Below, in pieces: positions 46,305 through 51,422 of a DNA stretch of 51,422 nt. Position numbers and translations under genes: made by a program. The notes under the pieces were generated by a model, which was given only the letters and a program-made list of their open reading frames with translations, had not been told where the DNA came from and did no database searches. Each line of letters begins with the position of its first letter. The first letter of the stretch is position 1. The stretch comes from Candidatus Doudnabacteria bacterium RIFCSPHIGHO2_01_48_18 (GTDB lineage Bacteria; Patescibacteriota; Doudnabacteria; UBA920; 2-01-FULL-46-14), in assembly GCA_001777515.1 (NCBI GenBank), contig MFEF01000003.1, positions 1-51,422 of the forward strand. Reading direction: 5' to 3'.

Positions 46305-49253
46305 CTATTTGACCTTGATGCCTATTACGGCAGTCCTCGAATTGCCGCTCATGTCAGTCGCAGTAACGGTAACGATATATGCCCCAGCTCTGCTCCAGGA
46401 GTGATTTAACTGATAAGGATAACCCGAGCCAAGATGCTGCACAGCCACTACGGATCCGTCGCCCCAATTTATGGTATAGACAACTGGCAATCCTTCTGGG
46501 TCAAGCGAATAGCCGCTTATTGTCTGACTGATTCCAGCTTGAAACGACTTTGGCATATTCACTGTTGGAGCAGTGGGAACAAGATTTGCAGTGACTGCAC
46601 CCTGCACAGCTGTAATGCTAAAGGAGGTGCTTCCCAAGAAACTGCCTTGTTGGCCGTTCTGCACTGTATAGACATAGGAAGTATAGCTGCCAACATCATT
46701 TGGACAAATTGAGGTATAAGTGCTCGGTACCGTAAAAACTCCATTGTTCTGAATATTGCCGTTCTTGTACTGTAGGAGCCAAATCTGTGACGACGAATAC
46801 CCATCAACCTGGAAGGTATAGGTGTCGCCGCAGCTCACTGTTGAAGTTTTAAATGGACCTTTATAAAATGCTGGACTGCCTGTTGGAGCCGGTGCAACGG
46901 CTGTTGAAGCAGGGTTGATTGTGAAGTAAGCCACACCCAGAAGGCCCCCTCTCTGACCGCTTACTACTGGATAAACGAAATTGGTATATGACCCTTCGTC
47001 CTTGTTGCAAATCGAGGTGTAGGTTGTTGGCACAGTATAGATAGCATCATAGTTCGGCGTAGATGAGCTGCCTTTGTACTGCGTGAGCCAGACCTGCGAG
47101 CCAGAGTAGCCGTCAACCTGGAAGGTATAGGTGTCGCCGCAGCTCACTGTTGAAGTTTTAAATGGACCTTTATAAAATGCTGGACTGCCTGTTGGAGCCG
47201 CAGTGGTGGCGGCCAGAATATTAAATGTGGTGTCTGACTCGTCAGTTATCGCTCCGCTCGTGGTATTCATAGTGATACGAATCTTGTATCCCGCCCCCTC
47301 ACCAGTGTACAGTGATCCACCATAGTAATATTGACCTGGAGTCCATCCTATGATTCCTGAAGGTGAATTCGCTACAAAGACGGTCTTATTTGCCTCAGCG
47401 TGCAGAGTTCCGCGGATCTGCCCGTATTGAACAAGCTGCAAAACATAGGTCGGATGACCTGAAATGTTGGACATGTCAAAGTTGACTGTGCAAGTCGTGC
47501 AGTTGGTATACCAGTTTTCCCCGCCATTCGGAGCAGTAATCCGGACTGAAGGCAGAACTGCCGGGGTATTCGTCAGATTAAACCGAAACGTTTTCGCCTG
47601 TTCCTTTATCGAACCATACCTTTGCACACACAAAGAATCGAGCCGCACTGACCCGCAATATAGCGTAACTTTTACTTCGTAAGTAATGCTTATGTCACTC
47701 GGGGCCTTGAGATTCACTGTCCAAAATCCGGTGGAAGCATCATAGCTGGCGTTCGCTGCTTCAAACGACGGATTCATCCCCACTGCAGAGTTGTACAAAT
47801 GGGCCTGGATATTAAAGCCCTCAGCGTATGAGGCAATGCTGCCGTCAGGCTCAACAGCCTTGACTTTGAAAGAAATCGGCGCCCCGGGAGCATATGAGCC
47901 TTGTTGGCCGTCCACGGAGGCAATGGAATACAGACCTGCAACCGGAGGCACTGTGGCGATAGGTGAAGCAATGGTAAATTCTGCGCTTTTCGCGTGCGCT
48001 CCCCCGCCAGCCGGAATCAAATTTATATAGTGTCTTCCAGGCTGAATAAACGAGAGGTCGCCGGGAAGTTTGTATTCATAATGCCCGCTGGTGTTTGTGG
48101 GGTATCCTTGAACCATCTGGCCGTAAAGCTGGGCAATGCTGCCGTGCCCCGTGACAGAAACGAGCTGAATCACATCCACGCCAGGCAAAGCCGGCGACCA
48201 GCGAATGTTTAGGGTGTCGCGTCCCAGAACAAGATTCTCGCCCCCGGCCGGGGAAAGCACTGAAACGGTTGATGTGGCTGCCGAGGTTGTTTCGATTGAA
48301 TTTACAGAAACATAGTAAACATTGGATGCAGAGTGGCCATAGCCATCGTTTACGTCAATCCGGACGGTATAAACTCCGGCTCTCGACCAGGTGTGACCGA
48401 CTGTGTAATCTGCTCCGGAAGCAAAGGTTTGTCTATCAGTCGAACCATCGCCCCAGGAGACGAGGTAATTGATGCTGTCCCCATCCGGATCAGCAGCTGA
48501 TATGCTAAAATTTTGAGGTATTCTTTCTCTAGTCGTTAGGTTTCCGGACAAAACCGGCAAGCTGGGACCACGTTCGCTGGTTCGGATGATCACCTCGCGG
48601 CGGCGAACTATAGCTTCCACCGGCAGCAAGCGATCAGCGTCATGGGCGAGAACGACCCGGGAAAAATCGTGGCCGTGGGAATAAAAATCCTCTACGGAAA
48701 TAAATGCGCGTCTCCCCGTTGCCGTCATTTCAAAAATAGTACCGTTGTCGTTGATGAGGGTTCCGGCCGGGTGGCGAAGCGAACTGCTGAATGGTCCAGC
48801 GCCGACAATTTCCTCACCTTCTGTCAGGTCGGCAAAGGTTTCCACGTTGGAAACCACAACATTGTCAAACGAATAGCCTAGGCCGAGAAATCCGCCAGCC
48901 GAGGTAAATCCGCGCTTTCTCCCCTCCGTTACCAGGTAAACGAGCTCATTGTCCGGACCCTTTACGAGCGTGCCGTCGCGGAAAATCATGATCGGCCCCT
49001 CGGTCAGAGCCAGGTCCTCGCTGCTGGGGACGCCGACCTGGTTAAAATTATACCCATGCGAGAAAAATACTGCCGGGGACCGAAATGCGCGCCGCTGGCC
49101 GCCGGTGATGAGAAAAACCGTGCCGTTAGCGTTGATGAGGGAGCCATCCGGGCTTTGCGCCGCGAACGCACTTTCCGCAACAAAAAAACCGGTCATCAAA
49201 ACGACTCCGGCCAGGATGAATGCAGAAAAACGCAGAAAATGCTTGTATTGCAT
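46305..49253 (-). CDS. Large secreted/surface protein with PKD/Ig-like domains
   Basis: Signal peptide, three N-terminal G(S/T)L(I/V)..G.V(F/Y)..RR.F repeats, two WGDG...H.W..AG.Y PKD domains, PxGGE repeats. Confidence 0.85.
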   Translation of the reverse strand: MQYKHFLRFSAFILAGVVLMTGFFVAESAFAAQSPDGSLINANGTVFLITGGQRRAFRSPAVFFSHGYNFNQVGVPSSEDLALTEGPIMIFRDGTLVKGPDNELVYLVTEGRKRGFTSAGGFLGLGYSFDNVVVSNVETFADLTEGEEIVGAGPFSSSLRHPAGTLINDNGTIFEMTATGRRAFISVEDFYSHGHDFSRVVLAHDADRLLPVEAIVRRREVIIRTSERGPSLPVLSGNLTTRERIPQNFSISAADPDGDSINYLVSWGDGSTDRQTFASGADYTVGHTWSRAGVYTVRIDVNDGYGHSASNVYYVSVNSIETTSAATSTVSVLSPAGGENLVLGRDTLNIRWSPALPGVDVIQLVSVTGHGSIAQLYGQMVQGYPTNTSGHYEYKLPGDLSFIQPGRHYINLIPAGGGAHAKSAEFTIASPIATVPPVAGLYSIASVDGQQGSYAPGAPISFKVKAVEPDGSIASYAEGFNIQAHLYNSAVGMNPSFEAANASYDASTGFWTVNLKAPSDISITYEVKVTLYCGSVRLDSLCVQRYGSIKEQAKTFRFNLTNTPAVLPSVRITAPNGGENWYTNCTTCTVNFDMSNISGHPTYVLQLVQYGQIRGTLHAEANKTVFVANSPSGIIGWTPGQYYYGGSLYTGEGAGYKIRITMNTTSGAITDESDTTFNILAATTAAPTGSPAFYKGPFKTSTVSCGDTYTFQVDGYSGSQVWLTQYKGSSSTPNYDAIYTVPTTYTSICNKDEGSYTNFVYPVVSGQRGGLLGVAYFTINPASTAVAPAPTGSPAFYKGPFKTSTVSCGDTYTFQVDGYSSSQIWLLQYKNGNIQNNGVFTVPSTYTSICPNDVGSYTSYVYTVQNGQQGSFLGSTSFSITAVQGAVTANLVPTAPTVNMPKSFQAGISQTISGYSLDPEGLPVVYTINWGDGSVVAVQHLGSGYPYQLNHSWSRAGAYIVTVTATDMSGNSRTAVIGIKVK
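46804..47200. repeat. 88-bp identical direct repeat inside the surface protein gene
   Basis: 46804-46891 = 47113-47200. Confidence 0.9.
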
Positions 49254-49373
49254 ATGTATTTAATTATTTATTTGTTTATCTCCTGTATTATAGCACAAAA
49301 AGGAGCCCTGCGCAACCGCGCGTGCGCAAATTCTGCTATAATATATTGTGCGACCTCTATTTAGAAACAAAAA

Positions 49374-50300
49374 ATGACACCACTCGAAAAATACAAAACC
49401 CAATTTCTTGAGCATCTCGAAGTGGAAAAAAACCGCTCGAGGCTCACTATCCGCAATTACGATTTGTACCTGAAGCGATTTTTAGAATTTGCCAAAGGCC
49501 GCCAGGCCAATTCCCCGGCCGCGGTCGATCTTGATCTCGTGCGCAGCTTCCGCCTCTTTCTCAACCGGCACACGGACCGTTTTGGGCGCGGCATGAAACT
49601 GCAAACGCAAACCTACCACGTCATTGCTCTGCGGTCGTTTTTAAAATACCTTTCAAAGATTGACATAAAAACCTTGGCAGCCGAAAAACTCGAGCTGCCC
49701 AAAACTCCGTCAAGGCAGGTGGCGTTCCTGGAAACCGATGACCTGGAAAAACTTTTCAAAGCGGTGGTGGCTGAAAAAAACGAACTGCGCAGATTGCGAG
49801 ACCGGGCCATACTCGAGCTTTTATTCTCCACTGGCCTGCGGGTCGCGGAAGCCGCAAATCTCAAACGCGGCCAGGTCAACCTTAAAAAAGATGAATTCTC
49901 TGTCAAAGGCAAGGGCGATAAAATCCGCGTCGTGTTCCTCTCGCCTTCGGCAAGACATGCCCTCAAATCCTACCTCGAGCGCCGTCGTGACAATTCCCCC
50001 GCCTTGTTTGCCCGTCACAACCAAGAAATAGAAATGCTCGACGAAATTCCACTCACCGCCCGCAGCATCCAGAGGCTGGTAAAAAAATATTCCCTGCTGG
50101 CTGGCATCTCGATCTCGATTACGCCACATACTCTGCGTCATACTATGGCTACCGATCTGCTGCAGGCTGGCGCGGACCTGCGCTCTGTTCAGGAAATTCT
50201 TGGCCATTCGTCAATAACTACAACGCAGATCTACACTCATCTGACAAACAAACGATTAAAAGAGATTCATCACAAGTATCACGGCAAATTTAGAAAATAA
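49374..50300 (+). CDS. Tyrosine recombinase XerC/XerD family
   Basis: RDRAILELLFSTGLRVAE, GKGDK, HTLRH, LGH, TTQIYTH. Confidence 0.95.
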   Translation: MTPLEKYKTQFLEHLEVEKNRSRLTIRNYDLYLKRFLEFAKGRQANSPAAVDLDLVRSFRLFLNRHTDRFGRGMKLQTQTYHVIALRSFLKYLSKIDIKTLAAEKLELPKTPSRQVAFLETDDLEKLFKAVVAEKNELRRLRDRAILELLFSTGLRVAEAANLKRGQVNLKKDEFSVKGKGDKIRVVFLSPSARHALKSYLERRRDNSPALFARHNQEIEMLDEIPLTARSIQRLVKKYSLLAGISISITPHTLRHTMATDLLQAGADLRSVQEILGHSSITTTQIYTHLTNKRLKEIHHKYHGKFRK

Positions 50301-50369
50301 TTGTGCTTTTACACATGACCTCCGTCATAAATGTTATACATAATGAACCTATCAATAAAATCGCGGTGA

Positions 50370-50405
50370 TTATCACTTGACGTTGGTGAGTGATAATAGT
50401 ATGAT
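50370..50405 (+). promoter_or_regulatory. CIRCE-like operator overlapping the clpB promoter
   Basis: TTATCACTT-N9-GAGTGATAA (consensus TTAGCACTC-N9-GAGTGCTAA) overlapping TTGACG-17-TATGAT. Confidence 0.75.
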
Positions 50406-50428
50406 ACAAATTACTTAAATTTACTCTC

Positions 50429-51422
50429 ATGATTCCCCTCGACAAATTTACGCAAAAAGCCCAGGAAGCCATTGCTACTAGCCAAACCATAGCTTCGGAA
50501 TACGACCAGCAGCAAGTTGATTCTCTTCACCTTCTTTTGTCCCTCATTCAGCAGGAAGGCGGAGTGGTTGGCTCGCTTCTGGAGAAACTCAAGATTGACA
50601 CCAAGCTTTTGGAGAACCAGATCCAAAAGCATCTTCGCATCGTCCCCCAGATCGCGGCTTTTCCCTCGGGCCTGGGTCAAATTTACGTTACCCGCAACCT
50701 CAATGAGGTGCTGTCGCAATCTATGAAAGAAGCCATCAAGCTAAAAGATGACTATGTTTCGACCGAACATTTGTTCTTGGCCATTCTGGAGCGCGGGGGA
50801 CAAGCCAAACGAATCCTCGAGCAGTTCAACCTCAGCGCTGACGATGTCCTCGACAGTCTCAAGGAAATCAGAGGATCCGAACGGGTGACGAATCCGGAAC
50901 CGGAGCAAACCTATCAATCTTTAGAAAAATATACCCTAAACCTCACTGAGCTAGCCCACAAAAACAAACTTGATCCGGTTATCGGCAGGGACGCAGAGAT
51001 CAGGCGAGTCATGCAAGTACTTTCGCGGCGCACAAAAAACAACCCGGTCCTGATCGGCGAACCGGGCGTTGGAAAAACCGCGGTGGTGGAGGGCTTGGCG
51101 CAAAGGATAATCTCCGGCGATGTACCGGAGAGCCTAAAAAATAAAATCCTTCTTTCACTGGATCTGGGCGCGCTTTTGGCTGGCGCCAAGTTTCGAGGCG
51201 AATTTGAGCAACGCTTGAAATCAGTTTTGCGGGAAATTGAACGATCTTCCGGAAAAATCATTCTTTTCATAGACGAGCTGCATACAGTGGTCGGCGCCGG
51301 CGCTGCGGAAGGCGGCCTTGATGCCTCGAACATGCTCAAACCCATGCTGGCGCGCGGCTTACTCCACGCGATCGGCGCCACTACCCTGAAGGAATATCAA
51401 AAATATATAGAAAAAGACGCCG
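50429..51422 (+). CDS. clpB: ATP-dependent chaperone ClpB (5' part, runs off the window)
   Basis: [61 protein letters not shown]. Absent from the ORF track because it has no stop in the window. Confidence 0.93.
   Translation, partial: MIPLDKFTQKAQEAIATSQTIASEYDQQQVDSLHLLLSLIQQEGGVVGSLLEKLKIDTKLLENQIQKHLRIVPQIAAFPSGLGQIYVTRNLNEVLSQSMKEAIKLKDDYVSTEHLFLAILERGGQAKRILEQFNLSADDVLDSLKEIRGSERVTNPEPEQTYQSLEKYTLNLTELAHKNKLDPVIGRDAEIRRVMQVLSRRTKNNPVLIGEPGVGKTAVVEGLAQRIISGDVPESLKNKILLSLDLGALLAGAKFRGEFEQRLKSVLREIERSSGKIILFIDELHTVVGAGAAEGGLDASNMLKPMLARGLLHAIGATTLKEYQKYIEKDA

Noticed and set aside
49374-50300. Prophage or island integrase
   Set aside because: XerC/D-like size and motifs, with no phage genes or att repeats seen.
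118-51381. Many antisense or overlapping ORFs in the six-frame track
   Set aside because: They shadow well-supported genes and have no motifs or start signals.

Overview
A 51-kb chromosomal window that looks like a Patescibacteria/CPR bacterium. This is inferred from reduced gene content, many leaderless genes, multiple GspG-like pilins, a PaaX/Cas2-like orphan and a CPR-style DGR layout. It uses the standard genetic code and most genes lie on the minus strand. Core genes: rpsL-rpsG-fusA, rpmB, parB, uppP, glyA, tsaC, leuS, tatD, metG, glyQS, tgt, pnp, rpsO, a XerC/D-like recombinase, the 5' part of clpB, tRNA-Pro(GGG) and tRNA-Leu(CAA). Most notable observations: (1) a PaaX/Cas2-like gene with a perfect 40-bp palindrome over its promoter, and degenerate copies of that motif downstream and at a gene junction 5 kb away; (2) a collapsed diversity-generating retroelement, with the target gene fused directly to its AAC-rich template repeat, an intact avd and a doubly deleted RT; (3) a family of RTAAA-flanked palindromic mini-insertions (4 members, two inserted in frame in genes); (4) an alpha/beta-hydrolase domain inside LeuRS; (5) a pilin cluster with a possible invertible promoter; (6) an atypical tRNA-like element. 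All calls come from reading the sequence by eye. No database searches were run.
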